A stretch of 64,000 bases of DNA, taken from positions 864,001 through 928,000 of the forward strand of contig CAVPLT010000004.1 of the NCBI GenBank assembly GCA_963706325.1. The letters run 5' to 3'. Below are positions 9,195 to 18,771 of the stretch, in pieces (the first letter of the stretch is position 1; the number at the start of each line of letters is the position of its first letter). Source of the DNA: an uncultured Nitrospiraceae bacterium (GTDB lineage Bacteria > Nitrospirota > Nitrospiria > Nitrospirales > Nitrospiraceae). The position numbers and the translations under genes were made by a program. The notes under the pieces are model-generated. The model ran no database searches, was not told the DNA's origin, and saw nothing but the letters and a program-made list of their open reading frames with translations.

Positions 9195-10776
9195 TTGAAT
9201 GCCATGTCCATGACCCCGCGCACACTCGCTCCTGCTGAAACTGTTACACCTGCCATCCTCATAGTCGATGACGATCCTGACATTTCGCTCGTCCTGCACG
9301 ACCTCCTCGAGCATGCCGGCTACCGGGTACAGGTGGCCGGCACTGGAGCAGAGGCGCTCGCCCGGGCCAGGGCGGATTCTTTTGCCGCGGTACTGCTGGA
9401 CTTGATGTTGCCGGACATGGACGGACTCTCCGTTCTCACACTCTTGAAACAGATCGATCCTGTATTACCCGTGATCATGCTGACGGCGTTTGTCGAAGTC
9501 GCCAAGAAACACGGGTCCTTGACGGAGGGCGCATTCGGCTATTTGACCAAGCCTTATGACGGTGAAGAACTCAAAGCCCTTATCCAGCGCGCGGTGGGAG
9601 TGAAGCATTTGTCGATCGAGGCCGCCGCGGCTAAACAGGCCTTGACGGCGAGCGAGGACCGGTTTCGAGAAGTTGTGCAGACCGCTCCAGACGCGATTGT
9701 GCTGGCCGACGGCGACGGATTTATTTTGTCCTGGAATGGTGCGGCCGAGCGACTGTTTGGGTATCGGTCGGAAGAGGTCCTGGGACAATCCTTGACCAGG
9801 ATCATGCCGGAACGGTACCGCGGCAATCACCAACGAGCGTTGGATCGGGTCCGCAACACGGGCGATCTACGCCTGAAGGGCACGATCGTGACCATGCACG
9901 GTTTGCACAAGGATGGCAGGGAGTTTCCAATCGAAATGTCGCTGAGCAGTTGGATCTCCGGTGGCCAGCGCGTGCATTGCGGCATTGCGCGCGACATCAC
10001 GGCCCGCAAGGAAGCTGAGGCGCGTCTCGTGCAACAACAGATCGAACAACAGGTCCTGTTAGACCTGATTCCCGCGATGGTGTGGTATAAAGATTCCCAT
10101 AATCGCATCGTGCGGGCGAATCGGCGAGCAGCTGAATCCATTAATAAGACCGTGGCAGATATTGAGGGGCACTCGACCGATGAGTTCTATCCGGACGAGG
10201 CCGAGAAGTATCATCAGGATGATCTGGAAGTGATTCGTATCAGGGCGGCCTAAGCTGGGTATCGTGGAACCCTATCGAACCGGGTCAGGGGAGAGATCTT
10301 GGGTGCAAACCGATAAGGTGCCCTATTTGGATCCAGAGGGTCACATTCTTGGAGTCCTGGTGTTCGCGCAAGACGTGACGGAGCGCCGACGGTCAGATGA
10401 GGCCTTATATGAATGCGAGGAACGTGTACGGATCCTCCTGGACTCTGCGTTGAACGGCATCGTCATGGTCGACGGAAATGGAAGGATCCTGATGGCAAAT
10501 GCCCGCCTTGGAACGCAATTCGGATATGAGAACGGGGAGTTGCTTGGGCAATTCGTCGAGACGCTCATTCTTCCGCGGTGGCGCGGTCGGTATCAGGCCC
10601 ATCGCTCAGCCGTTCTTGCTCACCCGAAGACCATGGATTTGAGCAATGGTTCTGACCTCATCGGTGTGCGAAAAGACGGGACAGAGTTCTCCCTCTCCAT
10701 TCACCTCACCCCCCTGACCACTACCCACGGGGTTTACGTCGTCACGTTCGTGACCGATCCTCACGGGTCCGCATGA
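9195..10776 (+). pseudogene. Response regulator receiver + multi-PAS protein split by a +1 frameshift (or a sequencing error)
   Basis: REC domain (DDD, DLMLP, KP) followed by PAS domains. Removing one base near 10239 joins EVIR-SGRPKLGIVEPY with the 10264-10776 ORF. Confidence 0.75.
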
Positions 10777-11228
10777 ATCCTCGTCTCATCCTCATCATGT
10801 GCGTGCTTGCGTTCATCGGGCTGTTACTGATCGTAGGAGCTCGCACATTCTCTCGCTGGGTGAAGATCCATTATCCTCGGCAAGCATCCGCCGTTCTCCT
10901 AGGACTGTGGATCCTTGGGATCACTGGAGGTTGGCTCATCGTGCGGGAAATACGAGACGAGCCCACCTATCAGCCCAATGATCTCATTACGTTGCAGCAA
11001 CCAGTGGTGGTAAAGACAATTGCGCTTGAGCGAGATTCCCGTGCCGTGACCTGCGTGGTAGACCTCCATGAACATCTCGGCGTGATGGAGATCCAACGCG
11101 AAAGTGGGACGTTGAAAGCACGCGTGGAAAGTAACAATAGCTCGGCCGCGCTATATTGTCCTGTCGGCTCAGAAGTGCATGTTGAAATAGCCTGGCTCCA
11201 TCGACCGACGGTGACCCGGAGAGAATGA
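10773..11228 (+). CDS. Hypothetical membrane protein
   Basis: Two TM helices; ATGA overlap with the upstream ORF. Confidence 0.7.
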   Translation: MNPRLILIMCVLAFIGLLLIVGARTFSRWVKIHYPRQASAVLLGLWILGITGGWLIVREIRDEPTYQPNDLITLQQPVVVKTIALERDSRAVTCVVDLHEHLGVMEIQRESGTLKARVESNNSSAALYCPVGSEVHVEIAWLHRPTVTRRE

Positions 11229-11788
11229 GACGCAACCGAATCCGTCGAGTCTCTCATGTGATTTCCTGCCGCATTTCACAAATGTTCCACCGTTCATTTA
11301 GCCTGATATGGTCTTGACAAGCGACGAGATGCCCGCCCCATTCTTAGCCAGCCGATTTCATTTGGGAATGAAAGTGCCGCAGAGCCACAGTGAGGCATAG
11401 CAATCCGCTCCAAGACACAGAGAGACTTTAGGTCTCTCCGTCCATCGATCGCACCTGGGGGACGTGGCGCGCATCGCCCAGCCTGCAGGCTCGGCCTTGT
11501 CCGAATCCTCCGCGACCACGCATAGGTGGAACAATGCGCATGCTGCCTTGTTCGCATAGACCTGCGAGAATCGTCATTGATTCAGGAACGAATACAACCC
11601 TGAGCGCGCATCGCCTCGCGCCAAGCCATCCGAGCATCCGGCACCACGCGCCGAAGGCTATTCGACTGGCCTCAAACCAGGGTGTCGGAAGGTAACTAGG
11701 GCTTCCCCGAGCTACTCCTGCAGCGCCGCAATGGTATCGTTTGCATGCTAGGTCGGTACGCGCTACTCACTCAAAAGGAGATTCAACT

Positions 11789-12283
11789 ATGCCTCGTAGA
11801 GCAGGTGTGGCATCCGGAGTCGTGGAGATGTTGAAAGAAGATCACAAGAAGGTGAAGGAACTGTTCGAGGAGTTTGAGTCTGCCGAAGGTCGTGCGCGGG
11901 GAGAGATCGCCAAAACCGCTATCCAGGAGCTACAGGTCCATGCAGACCTTGAGGAAACGCTTATCTACCCGGCCATTCGAAAGGAAATCGAAGCAGACGA
12001 CATGATGAATGAGGCAGTGGAGGAGCATCATCTCGTCCACGTCCTGATCAAGGAGCTCCAGAAACTCAAACCCAGCGACGAAAAATTTCAAGCCAAGTTT
12101 ACAGTGCTCGGAGAACTGGTCAAGCACCACGTTGAGGAAGAAGAAAATGAAATGCTGCCGCAGGCTGAGGAAAGTGACATCGATTGGGAATCTCTTGAGA
12201 CCCGCGTGATGAAACGGAGAGAAACCTTGATGGCCAAGGCCAATGGACGGGGCAAAGGGTCCAAAAGTGCTTCGAAGGCTTAG
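11789..12283 (+). CDS. Hemerythrin (HHE) domain protein
   Basis: LKEDH, HADLEE.LIYP, EEHH and HHVEEEE motifs; AAGGAG SD. Confidence 0.9.
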   Translation: MPRRAGVASGVVEMLKEDHKKVKELFEEFESAEGRARGEIAKTAIQELQVHADLEETLIYPAIRKEIEADDMMNEAVEEHHLVHVLIKELQKLKPSDEKFQAKFTVLGELVKHHVEEEENEMLPQAEESDIDWESLETRVMKRRETLMAKANGRGKGSKSASKA

Positions 12284-12388
12284 ATACCTTCGAAGCTTTG
12301 ATGAGTTTGGCGGCAACATCGACTCGCGGGACATTTGCCGTCTGCCTAGAGCGAGGCAGACGGCGAGGTAGCCGGGAGAGACTGTTTT

Positions 12389-12826
12389 CTATTGAACCAT
12401 GATTGAGCCTTGCGACCTGGTCATACTGGTTTTCTCTTCGGAGGACGGGCGCACCGAATAGTTGACCGTGCCGACCCGGGTAAAACAAAGACCGGCGGTT
12501 TCATTGCTGGCCAAGGTAGTGGAATTGTCCATGCCCATACCCATAGCTTTGGAAAACCCATTTCGGCAGGAAACTCTGTGGTCAAGCGAACCTTCTATCG
12601 CAACGATCACGGATTCCTGTCGTTGATTGATCCAGCGTATTTCATCGCCCGCGTGGGCGGTCAATGTCGTCGGTGTCACGGAATCTGCGATGACGATGTT
12701 TTTGACCATCCCGGTCTTCGTCCCGACTTCCATGTCAGACTTGGTGTTCGACGCGGTGGGTGAGCTTGAACAGGCGTTGAACGACAACATCGCCAGACCC
12801 ATCAGTGATACTACAAGTGTATTCAT
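12389..12826 (-). CDS. Cupredoxin-like lipoprotein
   Basis: Lipobox FNAC; motifs PTTLTAHAGDEIRWIN and LCFTRVGTVNYSV; GAGGAGG SD. Confidence 0.7.
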   Translation of the reverse strand: MNTLVVSLMGLAMLSFNACSSSPTASNTKSDMEVGTKTGMVKNIVIADSVTPTTLTAHAGDEIRWINQRQESVIVAIEGSLDHRVSCRNGFSKAMGMGMDNSTTLASNETAGLCFTRVGTVNYSVRPSSEEKTSMTRSQGSIMVQ

Positions 12827-13042
12827 ACGTTCCTCCTCAATGAAAGTGGTGAGAGCATGTCCTTTCCGGTCTTTTTGCTGCTGGAGCTATAGACGGACCG
12901 TTAAGGACGGGAGCCCCTTCGACGCGTATCGTCATTCCAACAGTACTGAGGCGGGCCGTTTGACCATACTCGGGAAAACCCCAGTATGCACGGCGCGATG
13001 GGATGATCGCTTCAATCGGTCGAAGTAGTCCAGAACTCTTAT

Positions 13043-13966
13043 TTGCCGAGGTATGGTCTGGATGACCACGAACGCTCTGTTCGAGACGGAGTGGAAGCAA
13101 AGGTGCCTGCCCTGAACACATCGGCTTCAAAAATATTGGTGGCTGGGTGCGCTTTGGCGGTGATTGTGCTGACGGCGGGCTGCGCCATCACGTTTGGTTA
13201 TCGCCACGCAGATTGGTTGATTCGTTGGCAAATGGATCATTATCTGGATCTGAATGCCGGACAACGCCGAGACGTGACCACGCGGTTGGAAACTGTACTG
13301 CGGCGACATCGGACTGAAGCCCTCCCGCAATACGAGCGTTTTCTTAAAGAGGTGCAAGAAAGGGTGGCCCGAGGATTGACGAATCAAGACCTTGACTGGG
13401 TCTATGCCTCCTATGATCGCTTTCGGGCGGATGTATTTGAACGACTAGCGCCTGACGGTGGGGTGGTTCTCACCTCGGTGACAGACAAGCAGATTCGACA
13501 CTTTGAAGACATTCTGCAAAAAGAGGAACACAAAGCTGCGCGGGTTTTACAGAAACCGGCCGTCGCGCGTTTGGAAGACCGGGCCAAAACGATGCTCTCC
13601 TGGGCCGAAGACTGGCTGGGGCCGTTGAGTCACGAGCAAAGTGGCCGTATTCGTCAATGGTCGCTCGCCTTGCCGGATACCCAGCCCACCTGGTGGCAAT
13701 ACCGGCGGCAGCGTCAGCAGGAACTCGTGACCCTGATGAGGCGTCAACCTCCCGCCGTAGAGGCCACTCAAGCCCTTCGTGCCATTTTTGTCACGCCTGA
13801 CCAGAGCGCACCGCGCGTGTACCTCGACACGGTGAAGGAGCTTCGCGTCCGTCTTACGACTATGCTACTGGGAGTCGATCGGACGCTCACTCCTACGCAA
13901 CGCCGCAAAGCGATCGCCACTCTCCAAAAATTAATCGACGATGTTCACGGTTTGTACACGAGTTAG
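13043..13966 (+). CDS. DUF6279-like lipoprotein (start uncertain)
   Basis: TAGC lipobox, then YRHADWLIRWQMDHYLDL...HRTEALPQY...WLGPLS..Q. Confidence 0.7.
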   Translation: MPRYGLDDHERSVRDGVEAKVPALNTSASKILVAGCALAVIVLTAGCAITFGYRHADWLIRWQMDHYLDLNAGQRRDVTTRLETVLRRHRTEALPQYERFLKEVQERVARGLTNQDLDWVYASYDRFRADVFERLAPDGGVVLTSVTDKQIRHFEDILQKEEHKAARVLQKPAVARLEDRAKTMLSWAEDWLGPLSHEQSGRIRQWSLALPDTQPTWWQYRRQRQQELVTLMRRQPPAVEATQALRAIFVTPDQSAPRVYLDTVKELRVRLTTMLLGVDRTLTPTQRRKAIATLQKLIDDVHGLYTS

Positions 13967-14001
13967 CATGAGGATGCCGACCCCAGTACGACCCTTAGCC
14001 G

Positions 14002-14082
14002 CTAAAAGTGGACGACTCCAAACAACCACAATATAAGAATGAGGCTAAAGGGAACGCCGAGCAACCAAAGAATAATGGGCAT
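14002..14082 (-). CDS. 26-aa hydrophobic micro-protein, not in the ORF track
   Basis: MPIILWLLGVPFSLILILWLFGVVHF* with an AAAGG SD. Confidence 0.65.
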   Translation of the reverse strand: MPIILWLLGVPFSLILILWLFGVVHF

Positions 14083-14312
14083 AACACACCTTTTCTTTCC
14101 GGAGGTGGATTAGATCGGGGAGGAAGGATTTCAGCGTGACCGCCGATGCCTCCCGCCCCGATAGAGCGGACATTTTCTCTTTGGGACCCAAGAAAATGTG
14201 CGCTGCTATGTTTATGATGTGGCCATCGGCGGGCGACAGCCACTAGGAGTAGCCCTGGATCGGTGGCTCTATCCTCCTGAGTCAAAATATTTCAGTAGGT
14301 TTGCCTGGCCTC

Positions 14313-14341
14313 TTGACTGACAGGATTTGGAGGCCTATCGT
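14313..14341 (+). promoter_or_regulatory. Sigma70-type promoter for the 6S-like RNA
   Basis: TTGACT (14313-18), 17 bp spacer, TATCGT (14336-41). The predicted start near 14348 coincides with the 5' end of the RNA rod. Confidence 0.6.
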
Positions 14342-14347
14342 AATCTT

Positions 14348-14499
14348 GTGGGGGGAGTGAACGCCCCGGGGGAATATCGACATGAAGGGGATTGAGTGCT
14401 GAGGACGGTGTGCATGCCCAGCTCGTACTGGGAAGCCTAAAATCCTCCCGAGATCTCCGCCGTATCTACCTCTCCTCGGTAGGTGCGTGCTCCTCCCAC
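14348..14499 (+). ncRNA. ssrS: 6S RNA (SsrS)-like RNA
   Basis: Closing stem GUGGGGGGAGUG../..GUGCUCCUCCCAC, a central unpaired bubble, GGGGAUU/GAUCUCC and GAGGA/UCCUC stems, and an apical GGUGUGCAUG-CCCAG/CUGGG-AAGCCUAA motif resembling 6S RNAs. Confidence 0.75.
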
Positions 14500-14672
14500 C
14501 TAAAATGTTTTTCGTCAGTGCCGCCAGTGGCAGTGTCCCGTGATTCATCTCATCAGGGCGCAAGAATATCATCAAGGCTTGACTCTCCGGCCCGTTCCCT
14601 GTAAACGACCACGTGACTACGTATCAGACGCCTCGCGTCGTTTCAGTCCGAATCGTTTACGTGAGAGGTTGA

Positions 14673-16799
14673 ATGGGCACGAAGGCATCGCCGCCATCTA
14701 TCCGGTCCTCCAAAACTGTGTCCCACGCCGATAGCACGGACTCCGAAGAGAGCGCGTCACCTAAAAAATTATCGCTCGCGGGTAAAGCGACTTCCGTGGT
14801 TACCGCGGTTGAGATGGGCACCCGTCAGCGAGAGATTTCCGTCTCCGAGTTTTTCACGAAGAACCGGCATCTCCTGGGCTTCGATAATCCCAGGAAGGCA
14901 TTGTTAACCTGCGTCAAAGAAGCGGTGGACAACTCACTCGATGCCTGTGAGGAAGCGGGGATTCTCCCCGATGTGACGGTGAAGCTCGAAACGGTGGGGA
15001 ACGGAACGCCAGCGGCGCCAAGTCAGGCGACCAGGTTCCGGGTCACGGTCACCGACAACGGACCAGGGATCGTACGAGCGCAAATTCCTCGGATCTTCGC
15101 CAAATTGCTGTACGGGTCAAAATTTCACCGCATGCGTATGAGCCGGGGACAACAGGGTATCGGGATTTCCGCTGCCGGGATGTATGGTCAACTCACGACG
15201 GGCAAGCCGGTGAAGGTGATTTCTCGTACGGGCCCACGCGCGACAGCCCATTACTTCGAAGTGCAAATCGACACGAAGAAAAATGAGCCGTTGGTACATG
15301 AAAACAAACAAATTGAATGGGCCCAACCGCAGGGGACAGAGGTGGCGATCGAAGTGGAAGGCCGGTACCAAAAGGGACGCGCCTCCGTGGACGAGTGGTT
15401 GGAGCAGACCTCCATTGCGAATCCACATGTGCGGCTGGTGTATCAGACGCCGGAAGGCGAAACGAAGGAATATCCCCGCACCTACCATGAGCTGCCCCCG
15501 TCACCGAGGGAGATCAAACCGCATCCCTATGGCATTGAGCTGGGCGTATTGCTGAAGATGTTGCAGGACACGAAGAGCCATACAGTCGCGGGTTTCCTGG
15601 CGGCCGATTTTTGCCGCGTCTCATCGGCTTTGGCTGAGGAGATTTGCAAGGCGGCGAAGGTGTCGCCCGACGCCAAGCCTCGCGCGGTGAAACCCCATCT
15701 GGCAGAAGTTCTGTATAAGACCATTCAAACGACCAAAATCATGGCTCCGCCGACGAACTGCCTTTCGCCGATCGGCGAAAAGGCGATTTTGTCCGGCCTC
15801 TATAAACAGATCAAGGGCGAGTTTTATACGGCCGTAAGTCGCCCGCCCGCCGTCTATCGTGGGAATCCGTTCGTCATCGAAGCAGGGTTGGCATTCGGCA
15901 GGGCGCCGGAAGAAACCGCCAAACCGCAACAGGCGGCCATGCCTCTGGCGGAAGGTGAAGATCAGGGGCACGATACCGAGCTTGCGCGTGTGATTCGATA
16001 TGCCAATCGCGTGCCGTTGCTCTTCCAACAATCCGCTTGCTCCACCTTTAAGGCGGTGATCAATACTACCTGGCGCAACTACGGAATGAGCCAGTCGCGA
16101 GGGGCGCTGCCCGCCGGTCCAATGGTGATCTTTGTCCATATGGCATCTGTGTGGGTTCCCTTCACCAGCGAGTCGAAGGAAGCCATCGCCGATTACGACG
16201 AGATTCAGAAAGAGATTACGCTGGCCCTCCGGGAGGCCGGTCGACGACTGGGAATATTCCTGCGACGAAAGGAACGGGCCGCCAGCGAGTTTCGCCGACG
16301 CAACATCTTCGAGCTGTACATTGAGGAGGTCGTGGAGGCCTGCAACCGGCTCAAAGGGGGCAAGCTCCCTACCCAGCAATTGAAAGAACAACTGCACAAA
16401 ATTGCGAGCACGCGGACCGGCGGCCTCAAAACGGATGAAGCCCTTGGCAAAACCGGAGCTGGGCCGGAAGGCTTGCCGCATTCCATCATCGTGACCTTGG
16501 AGGGGATTGAAGGGGAAACAGACGTCGCCCAGCAGGCGACCACGAACCCGGATGAGGTTGGCACAGCATCACCGTCCGATGTGCGACCGAAGGTAAAGAC
16601 TCCGGCGAAGGGGCAAACAACCTCAGAGAACATCCTCGTGTCAAAAGAGACATCGAGAAGGGGTAAGTCAAAGCCTGCAGCGACAAAGGCCAAAGTCGGC
16701 CAACAGGACTTATTCGTCGAACCGGTATCATCCCGCAAGAAGGCAACCCTTCCGAAACGGAGAGGCACCGGTTCGGCCCGTCTCCGAGAAGGAAAATAG
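14673..16799 (+). CDS. top6B: DNA topoisomerase VI subunit B
   Basis: EISVSEFF.KN, GHKL motifs KEAVDNSLDA, DNGPGI, LYGSKF and SRGQQGIGIS; IKPHPYG; RYANRVPL; VPFTSESKEAIA. Confidence 0.96.
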   Translation: MGTKASPPSIRSSKTVSHADSTDSEESASPKKLSLAGKATSVVTAVEMGTRQREISVSEFFTKNRHLLGFDNPRKALLTCVKEAVDNSLDACEEAGILPDVTVKLETVGNGTPAAPSQATRFRVTVTDNGPGIVRAQIPRIFAKLLYGSKFHRMRMSRGQQGIGISAAGMYGQLTTGKPVKVISRTGPRATAHYFEVQIDTKKNEPLVHENKQIEWAQPQGTEVAIEVEGRYQKGRASVDEWLEQTSIANPHVRLVYQTPEGETKEYPRTYHELPPSPREIKPHPYGIELGVLLKMLQDTKSHTVAGFLAADFCRVSSALAEEICKAAKVSPDAKPRAVKPHLAEVLYKTIQTTKIMAPPTNCLSPIGEKAILSGLYKQIKGEFYTAVSRPPAVYRGNPFVIEAGLAFGRAPEETAKPQQAAMPLAEGEDQGHDTELARVIRYANRVPLLFQQSACSTFKAVINTTWRNYGMSQSRGALPAGPMVIFVHMASVWVPFTSESKEAIADYDEIQKEITLALREAGRRLGIFLRRKERAASEFRRRNIFELYIEEVVEACNRLKGGKLPTQQLKEQLHKIASTRTGGLKTDEALGKTGAGPEGLPHSIIVTLEGIEGETDVAQQATTNPDEVGTASPSDVRPKVKTPAKGQTTSENILVSKETSRRGKSKPAATKAKVGQQDLFVEPVSSRKKATLPKRRGTGSARLREGK

Positions 16800-16807
16800 G
16801 ACAGGGT

Positions 16808-17914
16808 ATGGCACAGACGAAACCCAAAAAGAACGGCGCGGTGGAAAAGAAATTGATCGGGATGGCCGATGTCGTCATCTCCGCGGCGCAGCGCGCCAAG
16901 GATCCCACGTTTGCGATTCCCATTCGCGCATTGTCGAATGTTTCGTTCAATCCTCGCAAAGGTTTGATCGAGATGGGCGAGAAGAAGCAAGCCCGTTCTT
17001 TCTTCAATGTCGGAATGGCGAAAAAGTTCATGCAGACGATGCTCGTCGCTGATGCGCTGTCTGAACTGCAGCGGGCCGATCTCACGACCTCCCTGAGGGA
17101 AATCTATTATCGTACGAAACACACGATTCAAGATTCCCACGAGAACACGTTCGACACGCAGGATGAATCGGATCCGATCATCGAGGATTTGGAAGTCTCG
17201 CTGGTGGCCCTGCGGGAAGAATTGCATGTCCGGGCGGAAAACAGCGGGAGCATTGTGGGACCGGTGGTATTCGGTGACGACGGGGACCGCGTGGATTGCG
17301 CCAAGTTGGGCAAGGGCGGGTACTCGGTGCCGTCGATTGTTGAACCCGAGTATCTTGAGATTCGTCGTTGCACCGCGGACTTTCTCCTCTTGGTAGAAAA
17401 GGGCACCCAGTGGAATCGTCTGTCCGAAGACAAATTCTGGCGAAGATATAATTGCGTTCTCCTCACAGGTAATGGGCAGCCCCCGCGCGGAGTACGCCGG
17501 CTGGCGCGACGACTGCACGAAGAATACAAATTGCCGGTATACGTGCTGGTTGATAACGATCCTTGGGGATATTATATCTACTCGGTCGTCAAACAAGGTT
17601 CAATCAATCTGGCGTTTGAGAGCCAACGAATGGCTATTCCGAAAGCGAAGTTCATCGGCCTCTCCAGCGGCGATCCCGAGCGGTATGAACTGCCACGCAA
17701 TGTGGGCATCAAGCTGAACGACAAGGACGTCACCCGAGCCAAGGAATTGTTGAACTACCGGTGGTTTCAAAAACCGGCCTGGCAAGCGGAAATCAAGCGG
17801 ATGCTCGCGAACGGTCTCAAATTCGAATTGGATGCGTTGGCCAACAAAGACTTTCAATACCTGACCAAGAAATACCTGCCGCGGAAATTGAAGGAGAAAG
17901 ACTGGTTGGATTAG
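16808..17914 (+). CDS. top6A: DNA topoisomerase VI subunit A (Spo11-like)
   Basis: SLREIYY (catalytic Tyr), F..Q.ESD..IEDLE, toprim VEK, GQP and DNDPWG motifs, and K.ELDAL. Confidence 0.96.
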   Translation: MAQTKPKKNGAVEKKLIGMADVVISAAQRAKDPTFAIPIRALSNVSFNPRKGLIEMGEKKQARSFFNVGMAKKFMQTMLVADALSELQRADLTTSLREIYYRTKHTIQDSHENTFDTQDESDPIIEDLEVSLVALREELHVRAENSGSIVGPVVFGDDGDRVDCAKLGKGGYSVPSIVEPEYLEIRRCTADFLLLVEKGTQWNRLSEDKFWRRYNCVLLTGNGQPPRGVRRLARRLHEEYKLPVYVLVDNDPWGYYIYSVVKQGSINLAFESQRMAIPKAKFIGLSSGDPERYELPRNVGIKLNDKDVTRAKELLNYRWFQKPAWQAEIKRMLANGLKFELDALANKDFQYLTKKYLPRKLKEKDWLD

Positions 17915-17987
17915 GGCAATCCAGCACTGGTTTGAATTGCTGTCGGCAATGGAATCACCGGACAGGTGCCTTCAAGAGAGACACGCT

Positions 17988-18293
17988 ATGAATATGCTGA
18001 TGCTCGTGTTCCGGTCCTCGCTCAAGGAACGGGTCCATACGCTACTAGAGCAGTGTGACGTACGAGCCTATACCGAAGTCCCTGAAACCGTAGGAGCGGG
18101 ACAAACGGGACCGGCTGAGGGAGTTTCTTTCTATCCCGGCGTCAATAGCGTCATTATGGTAGCCATGGACGACGTCACTGCAGAACGAGTTGAGCGCGCC
18201 ATGAAGGCCTGGTGTGATGAAGTGATGCAGCGTCCTGGTGGGCGTAAGCCCGCGATCAGGATCTTCACGTGGGCCTGCCGGCAGCTGATTTGA
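17988..18293 (+). CDS. PII-like (PG0541-family-like) protein
   Basis: AYTEVP..VGAGQTGP...YPGVNS pattern in a ~100-aa GlnB-like fold candidate. Confidence 0.65.
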   Translation: MNMLMLVFRSSLKERVHTLLEQCDVRAYTEVPETVGAGQTGPAEGVSFYPGVNSVIMVAMDDVTAERVERAMKAWCDEVMQRPGGRKPAIRIFTWACRQLI

Positions 18294-18326
18294 TTGCACG
18301 GCTGCCAATCTGGGAATCGAATGTGG

Positions 18327-18710
18327 ATGAGCGTACGCATCATAGCCATCTCAGCATATGTGTTGACTATACCCTGGCTTTCCCTGGCTCAGACGCTCTC
18401 GCTGCCATCGGGCCTTCAAAACCAGCCGGGACAGACTCCTCAGTCATTGGGACCTTTGCCTGGTTCAAATCTCCTGGCACAGCCATCTTCTATTGTTTCC
18501 AATGCCTCAGGGGCCAGTGCGCCGCAAGGAGTGACCATTCCCTCCAGCCAGGGCAAGTCATTCGGAACTATCGGCCTCGGCCTCCCCGGTATGACCGGCG
18601 GACCTGCACTCACCTCGCCGCTGGGAGCTCAAGATCCGGCCTCACGCTCAATGCGCCCTTCCGTCCTTGCGCCGCTTTTCTGTGATCCGTCCGTGAATAT
18701 TCCTTGCTAG
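18327..18710 (+). CDS. Hypothetical secreted Pro/Ser/Gly-rich protein
   Basis: Signal-peptide-like N-terminus, low-complexity body, C-terminal CxxxxxxxC. Confidence 0.55.
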   Translation: MSVRIIAISAYVLTIPWLSLAQTLSLPSGLQNQPGQTPQSLGPLPGSNLLAQPSSIVSNASGASAPQGVTIPSSQGKSFGTIGLGLPGMTGGPALTSPLGAQDPASRSMRPSVLAPLFCDPSVNIPC

Positions 18711-18771
18711 AAGGCTACTCCTCACGAACAGTCCTTCCTCGAAGACATGATAGGCCCGGGCCGGAAGGTGG

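Noticed and set aside
11229..11740. Riboswitch in the long intergenic region before the hemerythrin gene
   Set aside because: Only a short hairpin (GAGAGAC..GTCTCTC) is visible; no aptamer consensus was recognised.
11731..11748. Possible sigma54 promoter TGGTATCGTTTGCA before the hemerythrin gene
   Set aside because: GG-to-GC spacing is 8 rather than the required 10 nt.
15621..17596. Long antisense ORFs (286 aa, 463 aa) over top6B/top6A; likewise 34991-35923 and 23995-24786
   Set aside because: They have no motifs and are the expected antisense open frames in GC-rich coding DNA.
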